From positions 1 to 62,315 of the forward strand of contig JAFULX010000002.1 of NCBI GenBank assembly GCA_017483065.1: 62,315 nt of DNA, read 5' to 3'. This DNA is from Clostridia bacterium (lineage in GTDB: Bacteria > Bacillota > Clostridia > UBA1381). Shown in pieces: positions 15,310-23,237 of the stretch (position 1 is the stretch's first letter; each line of letters starts with the position of its first letter). Both the position numbers and the translations under genes were made by a program. The notes beneath the pieces are model-generated. The model ran no database searches. It worked only from the letters and a program-made list of their open reading frames with translations, and was not told the origin of the DNA.

Positions 15310-15607
15310 TAAAGTTACAGACGGACTAAAGCACGATGGCGGTAAATATAGGCTTGACCTTGTACCGCCTGAAATTATAGAAGCAGTCGGGGGCGTAATG
15401 ACACACGGAGCGGAGAAGTACGGCGAAGGGAGTTATCGCAGGGTAGAGCCAAAGCGGTACAGGGCGGCACTTATGCGACACATCTGTAAATGGATGAAAA
15501 ATCCGCACGGACTTGACGAGGATAGCGGACTTCCACATTTATGGCACGTAGCCTGTAATGTGGCGTTTTTGCTTGAATTAGATACAAGAAAGGATGATAA
15601 CAATTAG
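15302..15607 (+). CDS. MazG-like dATP/dGTP pyrophosphohydrolase N-terminal-domain (DUF5664-type) protein
   Basis: KHDGGKYRLDLVPPEIIEAVGGVMTHGAEKYGEGSYR...YRAALMRHICKWM...DEDSGLPHLWHVACNVAFLLEL matches that family's pattern as I recall it. Confidence 0.6.
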   Translation: MADKVTDGLKHDGGKYRLDLVPPEIIEAVGGVMTHGAEKYGEGSYRRVEPKRYRAALMRHICKWMKNPHGLDEDSGLPHLWHVACNVAFLLELDTRKDDNN

Positions 15608-17162
15608 GACTTATCAGGATTTATTGGTGGTAGGCGAAGCAGAAAGCAGACGAATGGAATTTATCGAGTCTGCAATAACAGAACATAAGCACAGCGGTAT
15701 GTATGCGGTAGCAAGAGATTCGGAGCTATATGCAAGCGGTAGAAATGTAACGATTATGCAATATCAAAAATTGCTTTATACCATTTCGGGCAATGCTATC
15801 CCCGACAATTTCTCCGCAAATCATAAGTGTGCAAGCGGTTTCTTCAAGCGATTTGTCACACAAGAGGTAGCGTACCTTCTCGGCAATGGCTTAACGCTTG
15901 AAAATGAGGAAAACAAGAACAAGCTCGGCAAGGACATTGACAGCAGACTTTACAGAGCGGTTAAATCTGCTCTGATTGAAGGTGCTGTTTTCGGCTTTTT
16001 CAACAACGGAGAAGTCGAGTTTTTCAAGCTGACCGAATTTGTACCGCTATATGACGAGGAAAACGGCTCACTTATGGCAGGCATCCGCTTTTGGCAGATA
16101 GACGATAATAAGCCGTTAAGAGCTACGCTATATGAAGTTGACGGATTAACGGAATATATCCGCAGAAACGCTGAACAAATGCAGGTGCTGAAGGAAAAGC
16201 GACCTTACATACAGAAGATTGTTTCAAGCATTGCGGACGGCGATGTTATCTACGATGGCGAAAATTATCCGTCTTTCCCTATCGTTCCGTTATGGGCGAA
16301 TACAGAAAAGCAAAGCGAAATCGTAGGCAAGCGAGAACAAATTGACTGCTATGACCTTATCAAGAGCGGATTTGCGAACGACCTTGACGAAGCGGCTATG
16401 CTTTATTGGACTATCACTAATGCAGGCGGTATGACCGATATGGATTTAGCCAAATTCAAGCAGAAAATGGCTACAATCAAGGTGGCGAATATCGACAATG
16501 GGGATGAAGGCTCAAGAGCAGAAGCCCATACGGTAGATTTACCCTATCAAGCGAGAGAAGTATATCTGACAAGGCTTGAAAAAGACTTGTACAAGGATTT
16601 TATGGCTCTTGACGTAGAGCAAATCGCCGCAGGAAATGTAACCGCTACACAGATAGAGGCGGCTTACGAGCCGTTAAACGAGAAATGCGATGAGCTTGAA
16701 TTTTGCATCATAGAATTTCTCAACGGCATTTTTGCTATTGCAGGAATTGATGATAATCCGACTTTTACAAGGTCGCAAATTTCCAACCGCACAGAGCTTA
16801 TCGAAAATCTGTTACAGTCTGCTGAATATCTTGGCAACGATTATGTAACGGAAAAGCTCCTTGCATTGCTCGGAGATGCTGACAGGGTAGAGGAGATTAT
16901 CAAGGGCAATATAGCAACAGAAATGGATAGATTTAACGCTGATACAGAACAAGTGGAAGATGTCGCAACTACAGAAGATGCGATAAGCACGGCAGAGGAA
17001 ACAGTCGGAAAGACTCTGAACGGAGCGCAGACACAAAGCCTTATCGCTGTAATGACTCAATATTCAAGCGGAGCTTTAACCGAAGGTCAGGCGGTAGCGA
17101 TTATATCAACGTCAATCGGCGTTACAAAGGAAGAAGCAAGAGCAATAATTAGGGGTGAATAA
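15594..17162 (+). CDS. Portal protein (SPP1 gp6-like)
   Basis: 522 aa, position after terminase and before MuF-like gene; sequence character typical of SPP1-type portals. Confidence 0.8.
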   Translation: MITIRTYQDLLVVGEAESRRMEFIESAITEHKHSGMYAVARDSELYASGRNVTIMQYQKLLYTISGNAIPDNFSANHKCASGFFKRFVTQEVAYLLGNGLTLENEENKNKLGKDIDSRLYRAVKSALIEGAVFGFFNNGEVEFFKLTEFVPLYDEENGSLMAGIRFWQIDDNKPLRATLYEVDGLTEYIRRNAEQMQVLKEKRPYIQKIVSSIADGDVIYDGENYPSFPIVPLWANTEKQSEIVGKREQIDCYDLIKSGFANDLDEAAMLYWTITNAGGMTDMDLAKFKQKMATIKVANIDNGDEGSRAEAHTVDLPYQAREVYLTRLEKDLYKDFMALDVEQIAAGNVTATQIEAAYEPLNEKCDELEFCIIEFLNGIFAIAGIDDNPTFTRSQISNRTELIENLLQSAEYLGNDYVTEKLLALLGDADRVEEIIKGNIATEMDRFNADTEQVEDVATTEDAISTAEETVGKTLNGAQTQSLIAVMTQYSSGALTEGQAVAIISTSIGVTKEEARAIIRGE

Positions 17163-17167
17163 TAGAT

Positions 17168-18085
17168 ATGGCAGATAAAGCACACATTTTAACCGATAAA
17201 AAATTGGCAGAAATGGAAAAGCATTTGTCTGCCATTTATCGTAGAGCAGAAAAAGAATTAGGTGAGAGTTGGAAAAAGTATTTATCGGAGTCTACAGCGG
17301 AAATAGACGAATTGCAAAAAGCCTACGATAAGGCAAAGCAGGGCGGAGATAAAGCGGAAATAAAGAAAAAGGGTGTGGCTTTATCGAGGGCAAAGAAAAA
17401 ACATACCGTGCAAAACAAGTGGTACAAGGAGAGAACGGAACAGCTTGCAAGAGATATTGCAAATGTCAACCAAACGGCTTTAGCTTACATCAACGGACAA
17501 TTACCCGAAGTATATTCACTGAATTATAACGCTATAGCTCCTGATGTGGAAGGTATGGGCGGATATTCTTTTTCCCTTGTCGATGCTGATACAGTCCGCA
17601 ATCTGTCTTTGTCTGATGATAGCCTTTTGCCGACAAAGGAGCTGAATATTCCGAAAGATGTTCGGTGGAATGTCCGCAAAATGAATGCCGAAGTGCTACA
17701 AGGCATTTTGCAGGGCGAAACAATGGATGAAATCGCAGGCAGAATGTCAAAGGTTTTCGGTATGAATGAAAACTCTGCTATCACAAATGCGAGAACAATG
17801 GTAACAGGTGCGGAAAACAAAGGCAGAATGGATAGTTACACAAGAGCAGAGGCAGATGGAATAATCCTTGACAAGCAATGGATAGCCACGAATGACCGCA
17901 GGACAAGACATTCACACAGAAACAAGCCTGAAGGAGTGGGAAGCGAAATCGTAGGAGCACAAGAACCGTTTTCCAATGGTCTGATGTACCCGGGCGACCC
18001 AAACGGAGAGCCGTCCGAGCTGTATAATTGCCGCTGTACTGTTGTTTCGATTGTAAAGGGATTTAAAAAACGAGGTAAAAAATGA
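17168..18085 (+). CDS. Head morphogenesis protein (Mu F / SPP1 gp7 family)
   Basis: WIATNDRRTRHSHRN...GLMYPGDPNGEPSELYNCRCTVV is the MuF-family C-terminal signature. Confidence 0.8.
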   Translation: MADKAHILTDKKLAEMEKHLSAIYRRAEKELGESWKKYLSESTAEIDELQKAYDKAKQGGDKAEIKKKGVALSRAKKKHTVQNKWYKERTEQLARDIANVNQTALAYINGQLPEVYSLNYNAIAPDVEGMGGYSFSLVDADTVRNLSLSDDSLLPTKELNIPKDVRWNVRKMNAEVLQGILQGETMDEIAGRMSKVFGMNENSAITNARTMVTGAENKGRMDSYTRAEADGIILDKQWIATNDRRTRHSHRNKPEGVGSEIVGAQEPFSNGLMYPGDPNGEPSELYNCRCTVVSIVKGFKKRGKK

Positions 18086-18510
18086 GCGATTACACATACA
18101 AAGACAACACACAGGAAGTTCTTTCCGCTTTAGAACACGCTATCGGAAACGGCTTAACCGCTATAGGGTTCACGGCAGAAAGACACGCAAAAGAAATCAT
18201 ATCTGAAGAACAAGCCGTTGACACAGGCAGACTTCGTAATAGCATCACTTTTGCTATTAGTGGCAAAAAGGCAAATATACAGAGTTACAAAGGCGACCAC
18301 GGAGAAGATGGCGGTACTTATAGCGGTACTGCTCCTGAAAGCAAAGATAAATGCGTTTACATTGGGAGTGGGGTAAAATATGCCGTTGGGATTGAGTTAG
18401 GGATTCACCGAAAGAAAGGTGCTGTGCATATGCTACAAAGAGCGGCAACAGAACACACAGAAGAATACAAGCAGTTGATGGAAGATGCGATAGAGTCAGC
18501 GGAGGAATAA
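18082..18510 (+). CDS. HK97 gp10-like neck/tail-completion family protein
   Basis: AVDTGRLRNSITF...VYIGSGVKYAVGIELG...HMLQRA fits the gp10 pattern; unusual position upstream of scaffold. Confidence 0.5.
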   Translation: MSDYTYKDNTQEVLSALEHAIGNGLTAIGFTAERHAKEIISEEQAVDTGRLRNSITFAISGKKANIQSYKGDHGEDGGTYSGTAPESKDKCVYIGSGVKYAVGIELGIHRKKGAVHMLQRAATEHTEEYKQLMEDAIESAEE

Positions 18511-18511
18511 A

Positions 18512-18868
18512 ATGACAGTAAATATTTTAGGGACAGAATACAAAATCATAGTCAAAAATTACGATGAAGAGGAAGCATTCAGCAAAAACTCTTATAGTGG
18601 TTTTTGCAATGGGTACAAAAAAGAAATCGTGCTTTGTGATATGCACACCTTTAAGGGATGGGAAAACGAGGATGAAGAAACTATAGTAAACTGCCATAAG
18701 CAAGACCTACGGCACGAAATAGTACACGCCTTTTTCTATGAAAGCGGATTGTGGGACAATTCTTGCTGTGGCGGTGCTTGGGCGAAAAATGAAGAAATGG
18801 TGGACTGGATAGCGTTGCAGGGAGAAAAGATTTACGAAGCTTGGAAAAGTTGCGATGCTATCTCTTGA
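18512..18868 (+). CDS. Putative zinc metallopeptidase (HExxH)
   Basis: DLRHEIVHAFFYESGL contains HEIVH followed by E. Confidence 0.45.
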   Translation: MTVNILGTEYKIIVKNYDEEEAFSKNSYSGFCNGYKKEIVLCDMHTFKGWENEDEETIVNCHKQDLRHEIVHAFFYESGLWDNSCCGGAWAKNEEMVDWIALQGEKIYEAWKSCDAIS

Positions 18869-18893
18869 CAAATCTTTTCTTTTGTGATACAAT
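18865..18893 (+). promoter_or_regulatory. Sigma-A-type promoter P5 (extended -10)
   Basis: TTGACA (18865-18870, overlapping stop codon), 17 nt, TGa-TACAAT (18888-18893). Confidence 0.6.
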
Positions 18894-18899
18894 GATAGT

Positions 18900-18975
18900 G
18901 CAGATTGGTTCTCCTTAATATCCCTCATTTATTTATCTCTGTACGCCCTTGCCGTAAAAAGCAGGGGCGTTTTTC
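18900..18975 (+). ncRNA. Candidate ~75-nt small RNA with an anti-Shine-Dalgarno motif
   Basis: Bracketed by promoter P5 and the terminator at 18944..18975; contains UUCUCCUUAA; no credible ORF. Confidence 0.35.
18944..18975 (+). terminator. Intrinsic terminator
   Basis: cgcccttgc-cgtaaaaa-gcaggggcg (9 bp incl. one G-U) then TTTTTCTTT. Confidence 0.75.
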
Positions 18976-18983
18976 TTTGGGTA

Positions 18984-19012
18984 TTGACAAATAGAAAAAG
19001 TTGTGTTATACT
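18984..19012 (+). promoter_or_regulatory. Sigma-A-type promoter P6 (extended -10) for the structural/late operon
   Basis: TTGACA (18984-18989), 17 nt, TGt-TATACT (19007-19012). Confidence 0.7.
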
Positions 19013-19061
19013 ATAGGCGAAAAATCTGAATGGCAAAGCACAGCCACCGAAGGAAAGGAAG

Positions 19062-19094
19062 ATGACTTATCGCACTCACAAGAAAAATGCTTAA
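19062..19094 (+). CDS. 10-codon uORF (MTYRTHKKNA) or frameshifted true 5' end of the scaffold gene
   Basis: Only good RBS in the region (GGAAAGGAAG) serves ATG 19062; overlaps ATG 19087 out of frame across an A5 run. Confidence 0.3.
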   Translation: MTYRTHKKNA

Positions 19095-19689
19095 AGCAAT
19101 GGGAATCGAAGAAGAAAAGATTGACCAAATAATAGAGGCTCACGCTGAAACGGTTGATAGCTTAAAAGAAGAGCGTAACAACTACAAAGCGGATGCTGAA
19201 AAACTTGCCGATGTTCAAAAGGAATTGGACAGGGCAAAAGAACAACTCGCAAAGAAAGGCGAGGGCGAAACTGTGGCTAAAGATGAGTATGACAAGTTAC
19301 AGAAGGAATATGCAGACTATAAGAACGATGTTAAGGCGAAGCAGACAAAGGCGGCAAAGGAAACAGCTTATAGAGAGCTGTTAAAGTCTGTCGGAGTAGG
19401 CGAAAAGCGTATAGCAAGTATTCTGAAGGTAACGGATATCGAAGCCATCGAGCTTGACAAAGACGGAAAAATCAAGGATGCAGAAAAGCATACTGAAGAG
19501 GTCAAGAGTGAATGGGCGGATTTCATCGAAACGCAGTCGCAACAGGGCGTGAAAACATCCAATCCCCCTGCTAATAACGGCAAGGGCGGTACAATGACGA
19601 AAGAACAGATACTGGCGATTAAGGATGGTGGCTTACGCAGACAAGCCATTGCAGAAAATCCGCATCTGTTCGGATTAGAAAACAAATGA
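19087..19689 (+). CDS. Scaffolding protein (phage GP20-like)
   Basis: MLKAMGIEEEKIDQIIEAHAETV..., coiled-coil Lys/Glu-rich body, immediately upstream of major capsid gene. Confidence 0.7.
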   Translation: MLKAMGIEEEKIDQIIEAHAETVDSLKEERNNYKADAEKLADVQKELDRAKEQLAKKGEGETVAKDEYDKLQKEYADYKNDVKAKQTKAAKETAYRELLKSVGVGEKRIASILKVTDIEAIELDKDGKIKDAEKHTEEVKSEWADFIETQSQQGVKTSNPPANNGKGGTMTKEQILAIKDGGLRRQAIAENPHLFGLENK

Positions 19690-19706
19690 CGAAAGGAAAA
19701 TGACAA

Positions 19707-20624
19707 ATGGCGGCTGAAACAAATACAATTATGCAGACAGACCTTGCAAGAGTTAGAATGGTAGATTTTAACTTACAGTTTACAGGCTCTGTGAGAAAAT
19801 TAATTGAGGCTCTCGGCGTTACAAGAAAGATTGCAGTACAGGAAGGTTCTGTGCTTAAACAGCTAAAGGTTACAGGCACTCTCCAAAGCGGAGAAGTAGC
19901 AGAAGGCGAGCTTATCCCTCTTTCCAAGTATCAGACCACAGATGTTATTGTTGGCGAAATCAAGCTGAACAAGTGGAGAAAGGCAACAACAGCCGAAGCT
20001 ATTGGCAAGGGCGGTTATGACCAAGCAGTCGGAGCAACTACCGATAAGATGGTTAAGGACATCCAAAAGACCATCAGAAATGGTCTGTTCACCTTTATGG
20101 AAAACGGCACAGGTACAGCGGCAGGCTCTTCACTTCAGCCTGCACTTGCAAACGCTTGGGGACAACTCGCAGTTCTTTTTGAAGACGATGCAGTAGAAAC
20201 TGTATATTTCCTTAATCCCCTTGATGTTGCTGACTACCTCGGCACAGCAAATATCGAGATGCAGACAGTTTTTGGTATGAACTATGTTGAAAACTTCCTC
20301 GGTCTTGGTACTGTATTTTTCAATAGCTCTGTTCCGAAGGGCAAGTTCTTCGCTACTGCAAAGGAAAATATCGTAACATACTACATAAATATGTCAAGTG
20401 GCGATATTGCAAGAGCTTTCGAACTTACAACAGACGAAACAGGCTACATCGGCATCAAGGAATATCCTGACGAAGACACAGCAAGAGTTCTTGACCTTGT
20501 TATGTCGGGTGTTACTTTCTTCCCCGAGAGAGCTGACGGTATCGTAATCGGTACAATCGGTGCTACAAGTGATGAAGGTGCAGGCGGAGAAGATGCTGGC
20601 GGCGATGAGGAGCAGGGTGCATAA
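19707..20624 (+). CDS. Major capsid protein
   Basis: 305 aa, follows scaffold, strong RBS (GAAAGGAAAATG context), sequence character of SPP1-type capsid proteins. Confidence 0.8.
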   Translation: MAAETNTIMQTDLARVRMVDFNLQFTGSVRKLIEALGVTRKIAVQEGSVLKQLKVTGTLQSGEVAEGELIPLSKYQTTDVIVGEIKLNKWRKATTAEAIGKGGYDQAVGATTDKMVKDIQKTIRNGLFTFMENGTGTAAGSSLQPALANAWGQLAVLFEDDAVETVYFLNPLDVADYLGTANIEMQTVFGMNYVENFLGLGTVFFNSSVPKGKFFATAKENIVTYYINMSSGDIARAFELTTDETGYIGIKEYPDEDTARVLDLVMSGVTFFPERADGIVIGTIGATSDEGAGGEDAGGDEEQGA

Positions 20625-20818
20625 TGTACACAGTAATTAAGAGATTTGCGGACTTACAAGACAACAGATATGTTTATAACGTAGACGATATTTACCCTCG
20701 TGAAGGTGTAAAGCCTACAAAAAAGCGTATCTCCGAGCTTGCAAGCAACAAGAACAAGTTGAAAACTCCTCTTATCGTTGAGATTGAAGAAGTCGAAACA
20801 GAGGATATAATCGAATAA
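20624..20818 (+). CDS. Small head-associated hypothetical protein
   Basis: 64 aa, start overlaps capsid stop (TAATG). Confidence 0.55.
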   Translation: MYTVIKRFADLQDNRYVYNVDDIYPREGVKPTKKRISELASNKNKLKTPLIVEIEEVETEDIIE

Positions 20819-20835
20819 CGAAAGGCGGCTTTATA

Positions 20836-21258
20836 ATGCTCACGGAAATCTGTGCGGAAATCCGCAACTACTTTGTCGAGGAAATTCGGCAAGGCAATTA
20901 CAAGATTGTCAACGGCAAGATAGAGCCGCTTGACTTTTTAAAAGAAGGTCAATATTTCCGAATCGTAGGCAGTAGCTTGAATGATGGAGTGTATCAGTAC
21001 CCCGATTATGCCTTGCCTAACGATGAAGAGTTTGACGGCTCTGTTTGGGCGATGGCTGTGCCTCCGAGCTTTATCGCCCTTGCCGAGTCTATACGAAATT
21101 ATGCTGAAAGTGACGAGGCAAAGCCTTCCGCTTATACTTCCGAGAGTTTCGGTGGGTATAGTTACACGAAAGCGACAGACTCTAACGGCTTGCCGTTATC
21201 GTGGCAAAAGGTATTTGCAAACAAGCTGAATGCATATAGAAGGATGTCGGTGTTATGA
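20836..21258 (+). CDS. Head-tail connector protein (position-based)
   Basis: 140 aa between capsid and head-closure genes. Confidence 0.55.
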   Translation: MLTEICAEIRNYFVEEIRQGNYKIVNGKIEPLDFLKEGQYFRIVGSSLNDGVYQYPDYALPNDEEFDGSVWAMAVPPSFIALAESIRNYAESDEAKPSAYTSESFGGYSYTKATDSNGLPLSWQKVFANKLNAYRRMSVL

Positions 21259-21599
21259 GCTTAATATCGAGTGCAATGGAAGATGTTGTACTGCTTGAAA
21301 AAAGAAGCGTATCGGATGGCGAAGGCGGTTTTATTGTTGAGTGGGAAGAAGGAGCAGTCTTTCAGGCGGCTATTACCTTTGATACCTCAATAGAAAGCCG
21401 TGTAGCCGAGGTGCAGGGAGTTAAGAGCAGATACACGATAACTACAAGCAAGAATGCAAAGTTAGAGTATCACGATGTAATCAAGCGTTTATCTGATGAA
21501 AAGATATTCCGCATCACTTCTGATGGCGATGATAAGCAAACTCCCAATGTAGCATCATTCCAGTTTTTGCAGGTAACAGCGGAGGAATACAAGATATGA
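21255..21599 (+). CDS. Head closure / head-tail adaptor protein (position-based)
   Basis: 114 aa, translationally coupled (ATGA) in the neck module. Confidence 0.55.
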   Translation: MSLISSAMEDVVLLEKRSVSDGEGGFIVEWEEGAVFQAAITFDTSIESRVAEVQGVKSRYTITTSKNAKLEYHDVIKRLSDEKIFRITSDGDDKQTPNVASFQFLQVTAEEYKI

Positions 21600-21979
21600 C
21601 CAAAGAAGCGGCGATTTTTCAATTTTGGGGACAATTTCTCCCTGCTTATGAAGAAAATACAATCCATTCAGGCAAAGACCTGAATGGAAAGGTAGTCACT
21701 TTCCCATACATAACTTATCAGGTAGTTACAGACAACTTTGATAGTGAAGTGCCTATGACCGCTTCTGTATGGGATGAGTCAACGTCTTGGAGCAATATAA
21801 ACAGAATTGCAAGAAACATGTCCGAAACCATAGGCGATGGCTTGTTCATTAAGTGCGATGGTGGAAAGATATGGATAAAAAAAGGCACTCCGTTTGCTCA
21901 AAATATGGGTGATGAGAGTAACAACCTTATAAGGCGAAAATATTTAAATATAACAGCAGAATTTCTGACTTTAAACTGA
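21596..21979 (+). CDS. Tail completion protein (DUF3168-like, position-based)
   Basis: 127 aa directly upstream of tail tube gene; FPYITYQV...ASVWD pattern. Confidence 0.5.
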   Translation: MTKEAAIFQFWGQFLPAYEENTIHSGKDLNGKVVTFPYITYQVVTDNFDSEVPMTASVWDESTSWSNINRIARNMSETIGDGLFIKCDGGKIWIKKGTPFAQNMGDESNNLIRRKYLNITAEFLTLN

Positions 21980-21995
21980 AAGGAGATTGCAGAAA

Positions 21996-22562
21996 ATGGG
22001 TAGATTTTCAAAAATTCCCGAAACTACATTTGACGAGTTACAAGTTGATGCAGGTGTGCTTTTAAAGGGTTTTAACCCTGCCGAGCCTACTCTTGACAAT
22101 GCGAATATCATTTGTGCAACAACAGGCGGTATAAATCCTGTATGTACTCCTACTTTTGCTGACTGGGGAGCAGATATAGACAACTGCCCCGAAAACACAA
22201 AGGAACTGAAGGAAATCACAGGCTACACTTGTTCTTTAGGCTTTACTGCTTTAACTGTGACCGCTGAAACAATCAGAATGGCACTCGGTGCGGCTGATAT
22301 TGAGGCAGAAACAGGAAAGATAACACCTCGTCACGAACTTGAAGACGAAGATTTTGCTGATGTTTGGTGGGTGGGCGATATTTCAGACGGTGGCTTTGCC
22401 GCTATCTGTTTAAAAAATGCTTTATCCACAGGCGGTTTTAGTCTTCAGACTACTAAGGCAGGTAAGGGACAAGTAAGTGTAACACTTACAGGACACTATT
22501 CAATCGAAGCACAGGATGATGTGCCTATGGAATTTTATGTAATTAAGGGCAACGAAGCCTAA
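21996..22562 (+). CDS. Major tail (tube) protein
   Basis: AAAGGAG RBS then ATG 21996 (track uses TTG 21987); located immediately before the chaperone pair and tape measure. Confidence 0.7.
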   Translation: MGRFSKIPETTFDELQVDAGVLLKGFNPAEPTLDNANIICATTGGINPVCTPTFADWGADIDNCPENTKELKEITGYTCSLGFTALTVTAETIRMALGAADIEAETGKITPRHELEDEDFADVWWVGDISDGGFAAICLKNALSTGGFSLQTTKAGKGQVSVTLTGHYSIEAQDDVPMEFYVIKGNEA

Positions 22563-22584
22563 ACAATAAACGGAGGTATCGACA

Positions 22585-22956
22585 ATGAAGTTATCACAAT
22601 TGTCAACAGACAAAAGCTTTGATGTTCTTTGTGAGCTTTCTATCTATTGCGTAAATATCGTTGCAGATGAAGAGCTTATGAACACAATCTTTTCTGAATT
22701 TGTGGAAAAAGAAGGTAAGACAAGGTTACAAGCAATAATCGAGGCTTGTTCTGACAAGCTCATATCTATGATACCGCTTTTGTTAAAAAAGCATAAATCT
22801 GACGTGCTTGGAATTGTAGCCACGCTCAACGAAATGACCGTTGAAGAGGTCGGAGAGCAAAATATTATGGTTACAATGAAGCAAATCAAGGAGATAATTC
22901 AGGATAAGGAATTTGTCGATTTTTTCAAATCGTGCGGAGATACAGAGAACGAGTGA
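22585..22956 (+). CDS. Tail assembly chaperone (G-like)
   Basis: 123-aa acidic protein between tube and tape measure genes. Confidence 0.75.
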   Translation: MKLSQLSTDKSFDVLCELSIYCVNIVADEELMNTIFSEFVEKEGKTRLQAIIEACSDKLISMIPLLLKKHKSDVLGIVATLNEMTVEEVGEQNIMVTMKQIKEIIQDKEFVDFFKSCGDTENE

Positions 22957-23237
22957 CCGAAGCTCTTCTATTTTCGCAGTATAAAAAAATGAGTTGCAGA
23001 GGGCTGATTCTCGCCTTGCCTATGATTATAAAAAGGCAAGATGAAGGGTTAGCTCTTCGTTTATATGTCACAGATTGCTTGCAAACCATCACCGAAAACA
23101 CGGCTAAAAAAATTGGTGGAAAGTATGTAAAAATGCGATATGCCGATATCATTAAGCCGCAGAAGGTGGAAACACGGACGGCAGAGCAGATTATAAGCGA
23201 AATGCAAGAAAAAATGAATAAAATGGGCGGTGATTGA
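22585..23237 (+). CDS. Tail assembly chaperone frameshift product (GT-like; -1 shift at 22920..22926)
   Basis: -1 frame is open from 22908 to 23237 and overlaps the 3' end of the G ORF; canonical slippery heptamer in the overlap. Confidence 0.7.
22920..22926 (+). promoter_or_regulatory. -1 programmed ribosomal frameshift slippery heptamer T_TTT_TTC
   Basis: gaT TTT TTC in the zero frame; X_XXY_YYZ pattern; 10 codons before the G stop. Confidence 0.7.

Noticed and set aside
18707-18928. Minus-strand ORF starting at 18928 with an apparent AAGGAG on that strand.
   Set aside because: It runs antisense through the HExxH gene, and its translation is unremarkable. The apparent RBS is the reverse complement of the anti-SD motif discussed for the candidate sRNA.
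22908-23237. Treating the ORF overlapping the chaperone 3' end as an independent gene starting at GTG 22932.
   Set aside because: There is no RBS. The frame is open back to 22908, and a canonical T_TTT_TTC heptamer lies in the overlap. This fits the conserved G/GT -1 frameshift product better.
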